Notes: generated by a model not told the origin, from the letters alone. DNA of 64,000 nucleotides from Longimicrobiales bacterium (GCA_965202805.1 OZ241869.1:32001-96000), one strand, 5' to 3'. Positions 49,141-59,657 are shown, numbered from the stretch's first letter. Numbers and translations: made by a program.

Positions 49141-49710
49141 ATGGAACAGGACTCCATGCAGGGCGCCCGAGACCCGAGAGACATCTCGGTGAACGTCAAC
49201 CTCAGTCTCCCGGACGCGTCGGCGGCCTACGAGCCCGTATACAAGGATGTCCTGGGATACGGACTCTGGTGCCTCTGCCTCGCGGGCGTCTGCGGCGCCC
49301 ATCGCATCTACATGGGCAAGTGGGGAACGGGAATACTCTGGCTATTGACCTTCGGCCTCGCGGGCGTCGGCCAGCTGGTCGACCTGTTCCGCATGAAGGC
49401 GCTGATCCGCGACTCCAACGTGCGCAAGGGCTACATCCCCCACCCCATGCTGGCCGCCCGCGCTGCAACCGGCTCCGCGCCGCCCGCCGCCCTGCCCAAA
49501 CCCGCGGACCTGAAGCTCGTGCTGCTCCAGGCCGCGGAGAAGAAGGGCGGCGAACTCACGGTCACGCAGGGGGTGATGGCCTCCGGGAAGTCCTTCGAAG
49601 AGGTCGAGAAGTGTCTGCGCGACATGGTCGACCAGGGCTACGTGGATGTCGACAACGCCCCCGGCAGCGGCGTCATCGTTTATCGCTTCCCGGAGCTGTC
49701 CGGGAAATAG
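49141..49710 (+). CDS. TM2-domain protein with C-terminal winged-helix-like domain
   Basis: GAHRIYMGKWGTGILWLLTFGLAGVGQLVDLF; GGELTVTQGVM..YRFPEL. Confidence 0.8.
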   Translation: MEQDSMQGARDPRDISVNVNLSLPDASAAYEPVYKDVLGYGLWCLCLAGVCGAHRIYMGKWGTGILWLLTFGLAGVGQLVDLFRMKALIRDSNVRKGYIPHPMLAARAATGSAPPAALPKPADLKLVLLQAAEKKGGELTVTQGVMASGKSFEEVEKCLRDMVDQGYVDVDNAPGSGVIVYRFPELSGK

Positions 49711-49727
49711 CGCCGGCCGGAGGCGCC

Positions 49728-50363
49728 ATGACCGAGCTGCCCAACCTCACGGTACTCGATCACCCGCTGATCGGCGACAAGGTCACCCGCCTGCGCGACC
49801 ACCGCACCGGGCACCGGGAGTTCAGGGGTCTGGTCCGCGAGATCGGCGCCCTCATGGCCTCCGAGGTCCTGCGCGATCTGCCGGCGGAAGAGGTCGAGGT
49901 CGAGACTCCGCTCGAGACCACCACCGGAACCCGGGTGCGCGAGGGCAACGTGGTGCTCGTGCCCATCCTTCGCGCCGGCCTGGGGATGCTCGAGGGCTTC
50001 ACCACAGTGCTGCCGGGCGCGCGCATCGGGCACGTGGGGCTCTACCGCAACGAGGAGACGCTCCAGCCGGTCCGGTACTACTTCAACGTCCCGAAGCCGG
50101 AGAGCCGGTATTTTGTCGTGGTCGACCCCATGCTGGGCACGGGCGGGTCGTCCGCCGCGACGATCACGATGCTGAAGGAACACGGAGCCCGCGACATCCG
50201 CCTCGCGGTGCTGGTGTCGTGTCCGGAAGGGGTAGAGGCCCTGGAGAACGCCCATCCGGACGTGCCGGTCTTCACGGCCGCCATGGACCGGCGCCTCAAC
50301 GAGCACGGCTATATCCTGCCCGGGCTGGGAGACGCCGGAGACCGGATCTTCGGATCGGACTAG
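49728..50363 (+). CDS. upp: Uracil phosphoribosyltransferase
   Basis: HPLI, VPILRAGLGM, VDPMLGTGGS, YILPGLGDAGDRIFG. Confidence 0.96.
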   Translation: MTELPNLTVLDHPLIGDKVTRLRDHRTGHREFRGLVREIGALMASEVLRDLPAEEVEVETPLETTTGTRVREGNVVLVPILRAGLGMLEGFTTVLPGARIGHVGLYRNEETLQPVRYYFNVPKPESRYFVVVDPMLGTGGSSAATITMLKEHGARDIRLAVLVSCPEGVEALENAHPDVPVFTAAMDRRLNEHGYILPGLGDAGDRIFGSD

Positions 50364-50472
50364 ACGCAACCCGCGCTGCCGCGGCTGGAGTTGTCCTGGA
50401 CAGCTCCCCACGCCTGCGGATCCGTGGCCATCTCCCCGTCGCGCGATGGCGCCCGATCGCCTGCGGTCGCCG

Positions 50473-53181
50473 CTAGGGCCGTTCCACCCTCACAGGGCAC
50501 ACCTTAAGCTCGGCCGTGTCCGTGACGGGATCGTAGCCTCCGCCCGTGAGCACGTTGACGGGAGCATCGTTGAAGCTGAAGGTGGTGAAGACGGTCCCGC
50601 GCGGGGATCGCGCGTTGGCCTCCACCTTGACCATCATGCACCCCCGCGAGCTGGTCATCTTGGCCCAGCCGCCGTCCTCGAGCCCCCAGTCCACCACGTC
50701 GTCCGGGTGGATCTCCAGCCGCTCGCCGGGCGCCAGGTAGTCGATGCCGGCCGCGCGCCCCGTCTGGGTGCGGGTGTGGTAGTTGGGAAGGCGTCGGCCC
50801 GTGGTCAGCCAGACCGGGAACTCGTCGCTGATGACCTCGGCGGGATCGCGGTAGCGGATCAGCTTGAAGATCCCGCGTCCGTTCTCGAACACCCCCTGGT
50901 GCAGAATGGGCGTGCCGGGATGGTCCTTGTGCGGAACCGGCCACTGGTACTCGCCGCGGTCGATGCGGTCCCAGTCCAGCCCCGCATACAGGGGCGATAG
51001 CTCGCACAGCTCGTTGAAGACGTCCTTCGCGCTCTCGAAGTCGAACCCGGGAGTCCCCATGCGGCGGGCGATCTGCGACACGATCCACCAGTCGGGCATG
51101 GCTTCGCCGGGAGGATCCACCGCCTTGCGCAGCCGCTGCACGCGCCGCTCGGTGTTGGTCTGGACGCCGTCCGTCTCGCCCCAGGCCGTGGCCGGGAACA
51201 CGACGTCTGCCAGCTCCGCGGTCTCGGTGAGGAAGATGTCGATCACCACCAGGATGTCGAGGCTCTTGAGGGCCTCCTCGCAATGGTGCCGCTCGGGGTC
51301 GGAGACGACGGTGTTCTCGCCGTTGATGATCATCCCGTGGATGCCGTCGCCGCACGCCTCCAGCGCCCGTACCTTGGTGGGCCCGATCTCGAGGTCCACC
51401 TTGCGCCCGTACACCGCCTCGAACTTCTTCTGGTACGCGGGATCCAGAACCGACTGGAAGCCGGGGTAGTTGTTGGGCAGGGCGCCGCAGTCCCCCGCGC
51501 CCTGGATGTTGTTCTGCCCGCGCATGGGGTTCACCCCGGTGCCCTCGCGGCCGATGTTGCCGGTCATGAGCGCCAGGTTGCAGAGGCTCTGGACGTTGTC
51601 GACGCCGCAGATGTGCTCGGTGATGCCCAGGGTGTAGTAGATGGCGCCGCGCTCGGCCTTTCCGTAGAGCAGGGCGGCGCGTTCGATGTCGGCCGCGGGC
51701 ACCTCGGTGATGGGCTCGGCCCACTCGGGCGTAAACTCCTCGATGTGCTCGAGGAAGGCTTCCGCCTCGGTGGTGCGCCCCTCCACGAAGCCCTTGTCGA
51801 TCAGACCCTCGCGGTGGATGACGTGGGCCATGGCCAGCAGGAGCGAGACGTCCGATCCCACCCGGAGGGGCAGGTAGACGTCGGCGAGTTCCGCGAGCCC
51901 GATGCGGCGCGGATCCGCGGTGATGAGCTTCGCGCCGTTTGCGATGGCCCGCTTGAGGCGGGTCGCGGCCACCGGGTGGCACTCGGTCATGTTGGTCCCG
52001 ATGCAGAAGATCACATCGGGCTTTTCCATGTCCTCCAGCGGGTTCGACATTGCGCCGCGACCGATTGTTGCCGCCAGACCGGCGACTGTGGGAGCGTGTC
52101 AGGCACGGCTGCAGTTGTCGATGTGGTTCGTTCCGAACCCCCCCCGGATGAACTTCTGCATGGTGTAGGCGGCCTCGTGCGGCGCCCGCCCGGAAGCCAC
52201 CCCGTAGGCCGCGTGGCGCCCGTAGCGCTCGCGCACGCGCAGGAAGCCTTCCGCGGCGCGGTCGAGCGCCTCCTCCCAGCCGGCTTCGTGCAGCTCGCCG
52301 TCCTCCCCCCGCACCAGCGGGTGGGCCAGGCGGTCGGGGTGCTGCACGAAGTCGAAGGCGAACTGGCCCTTCACGCACAGCGCCCCCAGGTTGGCGGGCC
52401 CGTCCATGGCGGGTTGCACCCCGACGAGCTGGTTGCCGCGGGTGAGGAGGTCCACCGAGCACCCGACCCCGCAGTAGGGGCAGACCGTGCGGGTCTTCTT
52501 CGTCTCGCCGGGGACGTCCCGGTGGGCCAGCGCCTTCAGGTCGCCCAGCGCCCCGGTCGGGCAGGTGTGCACGCACTGACCGCAGAAGGTGCAGGCGGAC
52601 TCCTTGAGATGGCCGTCGAACTCGACCGTGATCTGCGTGTCGAAGCCGCGTCCCTTCACCGATATGGCGTAGTCGCCCTCCTGCTCCGCGCACACGCGCA
52701 CGCAACGGTAGCAGGAGATGCAGTTGTCGTAGTCGCGCATGATGAAGGGATTGGGATCGTCGGGGCGGCTCGCGCCCGACTTCCTGCCCTGGAAGCGCCC
52801 GGTGCGCGCCTCGTAGCGGTCCACCAGCTCGGTCATCTCCTGCGACGCGAGGCTGGTGAGCTCGTCGACGTCCACTTCCCGGTTCTCGGAGGCCAGCATC
52901 TCCATCAGCGTGCGCCGGTGCACCTCCACGCGCGCGCTCCGGGTGCGCACCTCCATTCCCGACTGGCAGCGGGCGGTGCACGACGCGACGGGCGCGCGGG
53001 CGCCCTCCACCTCCACCACGCACAGGCGGCAGCCGCCGAACGGCTCCAGCCGCGGGTCGTAGCAGAGGGTGGGGATGTCCTTGCCGTGCCGCGTGGCGGC
53101 CTCGTAGACGGTCTCTCCGGGGGTGAAGGCGACTTTTTCCCCGTCGAGAACGATGGTGGGCCCTGTCCCGTTCGTGCTCAT
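50473..53181 (-). CDS. fdhF: Selenocysteine-containing formate dehydrogenase alpha subunit (Fe-S N-terminus + Mo/W-bisPGD domain)
   Basis: Two ORF-track entries share one frame, joined by TGA 52099-52101: IDNCSRA-U-HAPTVAGLAATIGRGAMSN. Also CPYCGVGC, RGQNNIQG and multiple Fe-S Cys motifs. Confidence 0.93.
52069..52101 (-). promoter_or_regulatory. Sec UGA codon and bacterial SECIS hairpin
   Basis: UGA CAC GCU CCC ACA GUCGCC-GGUCU-GGCGGC; stem 12 nt after the UGA with an fdhF-like GGUCUG apex. Confidence 0.85.
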
Positions 53182-53215
53182 CGGTGTCGTCCTGTTTCGA
53201 GTTCCAGCCTGGACC

Positions 53216-54934
53216 CTAGGGTCCCGTCCCATGCCGCCCGCCCGAGCCCCGCCCCGCCATGGGGAGGGCGCCCTGTGCGGTCACGTGGCGCGAAACCGCC
53301 TCGGGAAAATAGCGCATCAGGCTCTCGGTGATCAGCGGGGCAGCGGTTCCCAGCCCGCACGCGCTGGTTTCCTTCATGGTATACCCAATGTCCGCAACTT
53401 CGTCCGCCCACGCCACCACCGCGTCGGGTCCGGCCTCGCCGGCAAGCCGCTCCGTCAGCCGCTGGGTGCCGATGCGGCAGGGGAAGCACTTGCCGCAGGA
53501 TTCGTGGGCGAAGAACTCCATCGCGGCGTGCGCCACCGCGACCATGTCGCGCGAGTCGTCGAACACCATGATCCCCCCCGCGCCCAGGAACGACTTGCGC
53601 GCGCGGATCGCGGGTTCGTCCAGCGTGACGAAGAGATCGTCGCCCGCCAGGAATCCCCCGGAGAGCCCCGCCATCGTGACCGCCTGAATGGTGCGCCCCT
53701 CGAACGGGCCGCCGGCCCAGTCGTAGAGCAGCCTCTCGAGCGGGAAGCCCATGGGGACCTCGTAGTTCCCGGGCCGCAGGATGTCCCCCGAAAGCGAGAT
53801 CACCTTGGTGCCGGCGTGTCCGTTCATCCCGAGCCCCGCATACCACTCGGCCCCGAGCGCGAGGATGTGCGGGACGGAGGCGAGCGTCTCGACGTTGTTG
53901 ACGACCGTCGGCAGGTCTTCGAAGCCGTGGGTGACGGGGAAGGGGGGGCGGTTGCGCGGGAAGGGATGTTTCCCCTCCATGGAGTTGAGGAGGGAGGTCT
54001 CTTCGCCGCAGATGTAGGCGCCGGCCCCGCGGCGGATGTGGAGGTCGAAGGCGAAGCCGCTGCCCATCACGGACGCCCCCAGGATTCCCGCTTCCTCCGC
54101 TTCGCGGATGGCTTCCGCGAGGATGTCCTCGGTCTCGGGATACTCGTAGCGCAGGTAGATGAAGCCGCGGTGCGCCCCGGTCGCATAACCCGACGCGATC
54201 ATGCCCTCGATGACCGCGTGCGGGTCGTAGTCCATGAGGGCGCGGTCCTTGAAGCACCCCGGCTCGCCCTCGTCCGCGTTGCAGACGATGGACTTCGGGG
54301 TTCCGTCCGCCTCGGCGACCGCCCGCCACTTGCGGCCGGTGGGGAAGCCGGCGCCGCCCCGGCCGGCCAGCCCGCTCCGGTCGATGGCCTCCACCACCTG
54401 CCCGGGCGTCATTTCCCCCACCGCGCGCGCGAGACCGTCGTAGCCACCGTCGCGGCGGTACCCGGCCAGGGTGGCGTGGCCCGGCTCGCGGATGGTGCGG
54501 AAGACGCACTCGGCCGCGCCGTCGGGGGCGGGCGGAGGGAGCGGAGCGGGCCGGGCCACCAGGTCGGCGGCCGAGCGCCCGGCCAGGGTCAGGTGGCCGC
54601 GCAGGACCGGGACGGGGTCGTCGCAGCGGCCCGAGCACGGCATCCCGGTCGCCCCCTCCGGCGCGAGCTCCCGAAGCAGGTCCAGCGCGCCCTCCTGCAC
54701 GCACACCGGTCCCGTGCACACACGCGGGCAGTCGAGCCCGCCGGGGACACGCGCGAAGTGGTGGTAGAAGGTGATGGTGCCGTACAGGTCGGCGAGCGGG
54801 ATGCGCAGCCCCCGCGACACCGCGCGGATGGCGTCCTCCGAGAGGTAGCCGTCGCGCGCATGGAAGGCGTGCAGCACCGGAAGGAGCGGGCCGGGCTCCT
54901 CCTTCCACCGGGCCAGGATCTCCTGGTCGGTCAT
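53216..54934 (-). CDS. NuoE-NuoF-like fused NADH/FMN-binding subunit of the formate dehydrogenase
   Basis: YGTITFYHHF..CTGPVC..CSGRCD (NuoE-like); GRGGAGFPTG, NADEGEPG, GAYICGEET, ESCGKCFPCR, SACGLG (NuoF). Confidence 0.9.
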   Translation of the reverse strand: MTDQEILARWKEEPGPLLPVLHAFHARDGYLSEDAIRAVSRGLRIPLADLYGTITFYHHFARVPGGLDCPRVCTGPVCVQEGALDLLRELAPEGATGMPCSGRCDDPVPVLRGHLTLAGRSAADLVARPAPLPPPAPDGAAECVFRTIREPGHATLAGYRRDGGYDGLARAVGEMTPGQVVEAIDRSGLAGRGGAGFPTGRKWRAVAEADGTPKSIVCNADEGEPGCFKDRALMDYDPHAVIEGMIASGYATGAHRGFIYLRYEYPETEDILAEAIREAEEAGILGASVMGSGFAFDLHIRRGAGAYICGEETSLLNSMEGKHPFPRNRPPFPVTHGFEDLPTVVNNVETLASVPHILALGAEWYAGLGMNGHAGTKVISLSGDILRPGNYEVPMGFPLERLLYDWAGGPFEGRTIQAVTMAGLSGGFLAGDDLFVTLDEPAIRARKSFLGAGGIMVFDDSRDMVAVAHAAMEFFAHESCGKCFPCRIGTQRLTERLAGEAGPDAVVAWADEVADIGYTMKETSACGLGTAAPLITESLMRYFPEAVSRHVTAQGALPMAGRGSGGRHGTGP

Positions 54935-55330
54935 GCGGCGCGCGGATCGGTCATGCGTTGCTCCCTGTCGGTCATGCGGCGGTCGCTCATGGACGGCTTC
55001 CAATCGGCACCTGGGGGAGAACAAAGTGGGCAAGAGATCGCGCAAAGGGAAATCCCTCGGCTCCAGAGCGCCGTAAACATATGCACTCGGGGGACTTCTC
55101 GCTCGCTTGGCACGGGTAGCGCTCGCCCGCCGCCATCCGGGCCTCGCCATGCTGCCGCGACGCCCTTGGTCGGCGGCCCTCGTTTGTCCGCCATCAAGAC
55201 CCGGATTTGTCCAACAAACCCGGCCAGGCCCTGTCCTTCGCTCGTGCGCCCGGATCGCGGTTGTACGCCGGGGTTTCGATTGCGTACCTTGGTGGCGAGG
55301 GAAGCGCGGACGGGCGAGCAGGTGCCGGAC

Positions 55331-55404
55331 GGGCCCATAGCTCAGTTGGTCAGAGCAGCGGACTCATAATCCGACGGTCGCAGGTTCGAGTCCTGCTGGG
55401 CCCA
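55331..55404 (+). tRNA. tRNA with CAU anticodon, probably tRNA-Ile2 (lysidine); CCA not encoded
   Basis: GGGCCCA/TGGGCCC acceptor stem, D arm GCTC/GAGC, loop CTCATAA, GGTTCGAGTCC. Resembles the ileX type; lacks initiator features. Confidence 0.9.
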
Positions 55405-55426
55405 TCGCCCGTCCGCCTCTCCTGCA

Positions 55427-55468
55427 GAACATCGGCCCCGCCGGAGCGCTCCGGCGGGGCCGATGTTC
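55427..55468. terminator. Perfect 42-bp palindrome between convergent tRNA and TonB receptor genes
   Basis: gaacatcggccccgccggagc|gctccggcggggccgatgttc. Confidence 0.65.
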
Positions 55469-55505
55469 CCGGAGCCGAAACTCTTCCGAGTCCCGGCCAC
55501 AAGCG

Positions 55506-58316
55506 CTAGAAGATGATCTGGAATCCCACGTTCAGATTGCGCGGGTAGCCGAGGAAGACCTCTGCCGAGTCCGCGTCGTGGCGGTCGCCGTCGTCGTGGT
55601 AGCCGTTCCACCTGGACGCGTCGGTGGCATCCTGGATGTACACCGTGTCGAACAGGTTGTAGACGTTCGCGAAAAGGCGCAGGCTGCCGCCGTTCGCGAT
55701 CGGCAGGACATCGCCGAGCGAATACGAGGTGTGCAGGTGGAAGACCGAGTACCCTGGCGGCTGCCAGGACTGGACGCCCCGGTCGTCGGCGTTCGTGCGG
55801 CTGAAGGGCTCGAACTGGGCGAAGTGATCCCCGTAGAACAAGCCCACGAGCGACACGTAGGCGGCGTCCGACGGATAGACGGAGGCCATGAGCGCCATCT
55901 GGTGCTGGGGCGCGTCGGCGACCTTCAGACCCTCGATGTAGAAGTCGTAGGACTCCGTTTCGGAGGATTGGTCGTCGGGGCGATAGGTACCGGAGACGTC
56001 CTCCAGGTACTTCCAGTTTGCGACCGAGACGGACCAGTCGAAGCGCAGCACGTTGCTGGGCTGGTACGCGCCCTCGGCCTCGACGCCCATGTGGCGCGCG
56101 TCGACGCCGAGCAGGTTGACCAGGCCGTCCACCCCCTCCACGCCGCCGATGTTCTGGACGAATCGGGTCAGGGTCCGGTTCCTCCAGGTGGTGTGGTAGA
56201 GGTTAACGTCAAGAGAGACCTGACGGTCGTTCGAACGGAACTGGGTTCCGACCTCGTACGAGAGAAATTTCTCGTTCTTCGGGTCGGCGTTGAGCGTGCC
56301 GTTGTTGTCGTCGATCACGCCGTCGAAGATCGGCACCTTGGAGATGACGCCCGCGTTCCCGAAGATGGACCACTGGTCGTTGAGGTTGCGAACCGCGCCG
56401 CCCTTGATCTGGTAGCCGCCGATGTTGCCGCTTTCCAGCGTGCGGTAGCCCCCGGATGCGGCATCATGCCTGAAGAAGTCCACGAAGGTGTAGGAGTTCT
56501 GGGCCCACCCGGCCATGCCGTAGAGCGAGCCTGCGGTGGTGCTTTTTTCAGCCTGAACGTAGGCGCCCAGCCAGTCCACGGTGTTCTCGTTGTGGTAGTT
56601 GATCTTGTCGCCCAGGCCCCGGTTCTCCTGGGCTTCCGTCCAGAAATCGGAGCTGCAGCCGCGGAAGCAGTCGTTGTAGTAGGAGCCGCCAAGGAGGTCC
56701 CGCACCTCCCGGTAGTGCTCGATGGTGGCCGTGCGCCAGTCGACACCGACCTCGGCGGTCAAGCCCCCTTCGAAGCTCTTCCGCAGCTTGGAGATAGCGC
56801 CCAAGGTGTTCTGGTTGTTGACCGAGTTGCGGAGAATTCCGCGCGACCCGGATGAGCTCGACCTGTTGCGTTCGATGGTCGCGTCCCAGTCGGCGAATCT
56901 CTGACCGTAGCTGCTGTTCCACCTGAGCGACCCGTACGTGCCGGTACCGCCTCCGCGACCGCCGGAGTAGTACCCCACCGTGGTCAGCTGCAGGCCGTCA
57001 CCGAAGTAGGAATACCAGTTCAGGTTGACCTGCGGCTTGTGGAAGTAGTTTTCCCGTTCGTTGAGGTACCCACTGTTGTAGCGGTCCCGCTGTCCCGCGT
57101 CCGGGCCTGTGCTGTTGTACTGGGTTCCGCCGTAGCTGGAGCTGACCGGGGCGACGTTGGGGCTGCGGCCCCTGCCCACCGCCGGATAGTCCTCGAAGGC
57201 CCCGGCGTCGAATCCATCCAGCGACCGCGCAAAGTCCGGATCAAGGCTCGCGAGGTTCAGCTTGTAGAGGTTCTGGCCGTGGCGCTGCGGCGCGCCCACC
57301 GCATAGGCCTCGATCCGGTTGCCGGGATTGAGCTGGAACGAGGTGGCCAGGTAGTAGGCCCACGCGTCCATCCAGAGCGCGTCCCCGCCGGTGAAGCCCT
57401 GGTACATCCCGCTCCCGGTCTTGCGCACCACCGAACCCGTGGCGGCGAACGCCCCCATGGGCCCCGTGTTCACCACCAGGGTCTCCTTCAGCATGTTGTT
57501 GCCGAGCCCCCATCCACCGCTGTCGTCCAGGCTGCCGAGCCCGAACTCCTGCTTGTACATGAGGCCGGCGCCCCGGTCCGCGGGATCGGTGATGACGTTG
57601 ACCGTGCCTCCGATCGATGGCGTGGCCAGGTTGACCGCCGACAGGCCACGCTGGACCTGTATGTCGGAGGCCGCGTCGCCCACTCCGTCCCAGTTGGACC
57701 AGTAGACCCATCCGTTCTCCATGTCGTTGACGGGCACGCCGTTGATCATCACGGCGGTGTTGCGCTGGTTGAAGCCGCGCACGTTGACGCGGGCGTCGCC
57801 GGCGCCGCCCCCCTGCGAGGTCGCGTAGACGCTGGGGGTCACGTTGAGCACCATCGGGAGGTCCCTGGAGCCCAACTGATTCTGGATCTGCGTCTTGCTC
57901 ACGTTGGTGAAGGCCACCGGGGTCTGCCGGTCCTGGGCGCGGGTGGCGAAGACTTCGAGGGCATCGAAGGCGATCGCCTCCTGACTCAGGCTGAAGTCCA
58001 GCGCCAGCGACTGGCCCGCCTCCAGCGAGACGCCGGTTGCGGACTGGGGGCCGTAGCCGATCATGATCACTTCGACCGTGTAGGGTCCGCCCGGACGAAC
58101 TCCCTCCACCACGAACCCGCCGTCATTTCCCGACAGCGCTCCGGTCTGGACCCCGGTCACCTCGTGCGTCACCACCACCTGCGCGCTGGCGACGCCGGCA
58201 CCCCCCTCCCCGGTCACGCGTCCGGTTATGGTAGCGGCCTGCTGCGCGGCCAGATCGCTGGCGCACAGGGCAACCAGCACGGCGAGAACTGCATTCAGAC
58301 GAATTCTGGACAACAT
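55506..58316 (-). CDS. TonB-dependent receptor
   Basis: Signal peptide, carboxypeptidase-regulatory-like N-domain, plug (NVRGF..INGVPVND), C-terminal GFQIIF. Confidence 0.92.
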   Translation of the reverse strand: MLSRIRLNAVLAVLVALCASDLAAQQAATITGRVTGEGGAGVASAQVVVTHEVTGVQTGALSGNDGGFVVEGVRPGGPYTVEVIMIGYGPQSATGVSLEAGQSLALDFSLSQEAIAFDALEVFATRAQDRQTPVAFTNVSKTQIQNQLGSRDLPMVLNVTPSVYATSQGGGAGDARVNVRGFNQRNTAVMINGVPVNDMENGWVYWSNWDGVGDAASDIQVQRGLSAVNLATPSIGGTVNVITDPADRGAGLMYKQEFGLGSLDDSGGWGLGNNMLKETLVVNTGPMGAFAATGSVVRKTGSGMYQGFTGGDALWMDAWAYYLATSFQLNPGNRIEAYAVGAPQRHGQNLYKLNLASLDPDFARSLDGFDAGAFEDYPAVGRGRSPNVAPVSSSYGGTQYNSTGPDAGQRDRYNSGYLNERENYFHKPQVNLNWYSYFGDGLQLTTVGYYSGGRGGGTGTYGSLRWNSSYGQRFADWDATIERNRSSSSGSRGILRNSVNNQNTLGAISKLRKSFEGGLTAEVGVDWRTATIEHYREVRDLLGGSYYNDCFRGCSSDFWTEAQENRGLGDKINYHNENTVDWLGAYVQAEKSTTAGSLYGMAGWAQNSYTFVDFFRHDAASGGYRTLESGNIGGYQIKGGAVRNLNDQWSIFGNAGVISKVPIFDGVIDDNNGTLNADPKNEKFLSYEVGTQFRSNDRQVSLDVNLYHTTWRNRTLTRFVQNIGGVEGVDGLVNLLGVDARHMGVEAEGAYQPSNVLRFDWSVSVANWKYLEDVSGTYRPDDQSSETESYDFYIEGLKVADAPQHQMALMASVYPSDAAYVSLVGLFYGDHFAQFEPFSRTNADDRGVQSWQPPGYSVFHLHTSYSLGDVLPIANGGSLRLFANVYNLFDTVYIQDATDASRWNGYHDDGDRHDADSAEVFLGYPRNLNVGFQIIF

Positions 58317-58550
58317 CGGCTATCCTCCCATTGCAAGGCGTTGGATGACGATACCAAAATATCACGTAATGCCAGCCGAAGCAGCACCTTAAGCGGTCAC
58401 TATCTCGTAACGGAGAAACAGAGCTGTGCGGGCGAGACGCGAAACGCCCTGCGGCCCGGAGAGAGCGGGGGGGCGCTGGCGAATGCCCGGTCCGCGACTC
58501 GGCGCCGGATCGGGCGATCAGCACGCGAGGGACGAGGCCCGGATACCGGA

Positions 58551-59498
58551 TCAGCCTCCCGAGGATGGTCTCGCGATGAGGTAGCGCCCGAAGATCCACG
58601 CTGCGGTGAGCAGGGCGAGTCCGGCGAGCGCCAACAGTCCGAGAGTCCGGTTCACAACGTCGGATGCCTCCGAACTGATCTGGCCTTCCGGCCGCCCGAT
58701 GGCGATGTACCCCTCGGGAGTCGCCCCCTCGCCCGTCAGCGGCGCGACCGCGAAGACCGACATGCTCCCGTCCAGATCGGCGCCGTGCACGATGCCGGGC
58801 TCGTCGACCGCCTCGGGGAATCCCTCCGTCCGCATGGCTCCGATGGTGTCACCCTCGCTCTGCCCGGCCGGGAAACGAACCAGGACGCGGCCTTCCCGGT
58901 CCAGCACGGTGAACGTGGAAGACTCGGGCAGTTCCATGTCCTGCGCGATATCGCTCAGGGCACGCAGGTCGATGCTCGCGATCAGAACCCCTTCGGGCAT
59001 CCCGGTTTCATCGGGAATCGGGATGGCCGATCCGACGCCCGGACGACCCGTGACGCGTCCGATCTGGTAGTTGCCGATCACGTGGCGGTTCTCGTTCATG
59101 GCGCGGATGTAGTAGGTGCGGTCGCCCAGGTAGAGCAGTCCGTCGGGCTGCACGGAGCCGCACCCGACGTACCCGTCGAGTCCGATCACCCAGATCCCGT
59201 TGAGGTGGTTCGCCTGGTCGAAGACGCGCCCGAGGACATCGGTGCAATCCGGCTGCTGCATCCCGCTCACCTGCGGGAACTCCGCGAGCGTCGCCAGCAG
59301 TACCCGGCTCTCTTCGAGGAGCCGATTATACTCCACCGACGTCTCCCTCGTGGCGCGCAGAAGTTCCTGCTCCTGATTGGCCAGCTGGAGTGAGCGGATC
59401 TCGCCGTTCGCGTACAGGTAGATCCCGACCGCCGGAAGAAAGGCGATCAGCACGAGCAGCAGGACACGGCCGGTGAACCCCGGGTTCGACGTTGACAT
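58551..59498 (-). CDS. Membrane-anchored Cache-domain sensor lacking a cytoplasmic domain
   Basis: TM1, LGDRTYY..IGRVTGRP..ASIDL..VLDREGRVLVRFP..DLDG, TM2, then stop. Confidence 0.75.
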   Translation of the reverse strand: MSTSNPGFTGRVLLLVLIAFLPAVGIYLYANGEIRSLQLANQEQELLRATRETSVEYNRLLEESRVLLATLAEFPQVSGMQQPDCTDVLGRVFDQANHLNGIWVIGLDGYVGCGSVQPDGLLYLGDRTYYIRAMNENRHVIGNYQIGRVTGRPGVGSAIPIPDETGMPEGVLIASIDLRALSDIAQDMELPESSTFTVLDREGRVLVRFPAGQSEGDTIGAMRTEGFPEAVDEPGIVHGADLDGSMSVFAVAPLTGEGATPEGYIAIGRPEGQISSEASDVVNRTLGLLALAGLALLTAAWIFGRYLIARPSSGG

Positions 59499-59657
59499 CA
59501 GATCGGCTCTCCTCGTTGGGTGCGGTGTGATTGCTCCGCAAATGTAGCACGTCCGTCCGGATTGCGCTTCGCCTCGCGGCGAGGTGTCCCGGGACTCGCC
59601 GGATCACTAGTTTTGGCCGCGGGCCATGCTTCCTCTCCCGGTTGTGCCGACTGAACC

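Noticed and set aside
52051..52101. FDH as a split gene or pseudogene
   Set aside because: The stop is a UGA at the catalytic Sec position, in frame, with a SECIS-like hairpin
54991..55110. Moco/Tuco riboswitch upstream of the FDH operon
   Set aside because: Only short fragments resemble it; the conserved helices are not recognisable by eye. Needs a covariance-model search.
55108..55122. Sigma54-like TGGCACG-N-GC
   Set aside because: The -12 element is poor (AGCGC, not TTGC) and it lies more than 200 bp from the tRNA
55331..58316. tRNA-anchored genomic island
   Set aside because: No integrase and no duplicated tRNA 3' end seen in the window
58317..58550. Cobalamin or TPP riboswitch upstream of the TonB receptor
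   Set aside because: No B12-box or TPP core motif found
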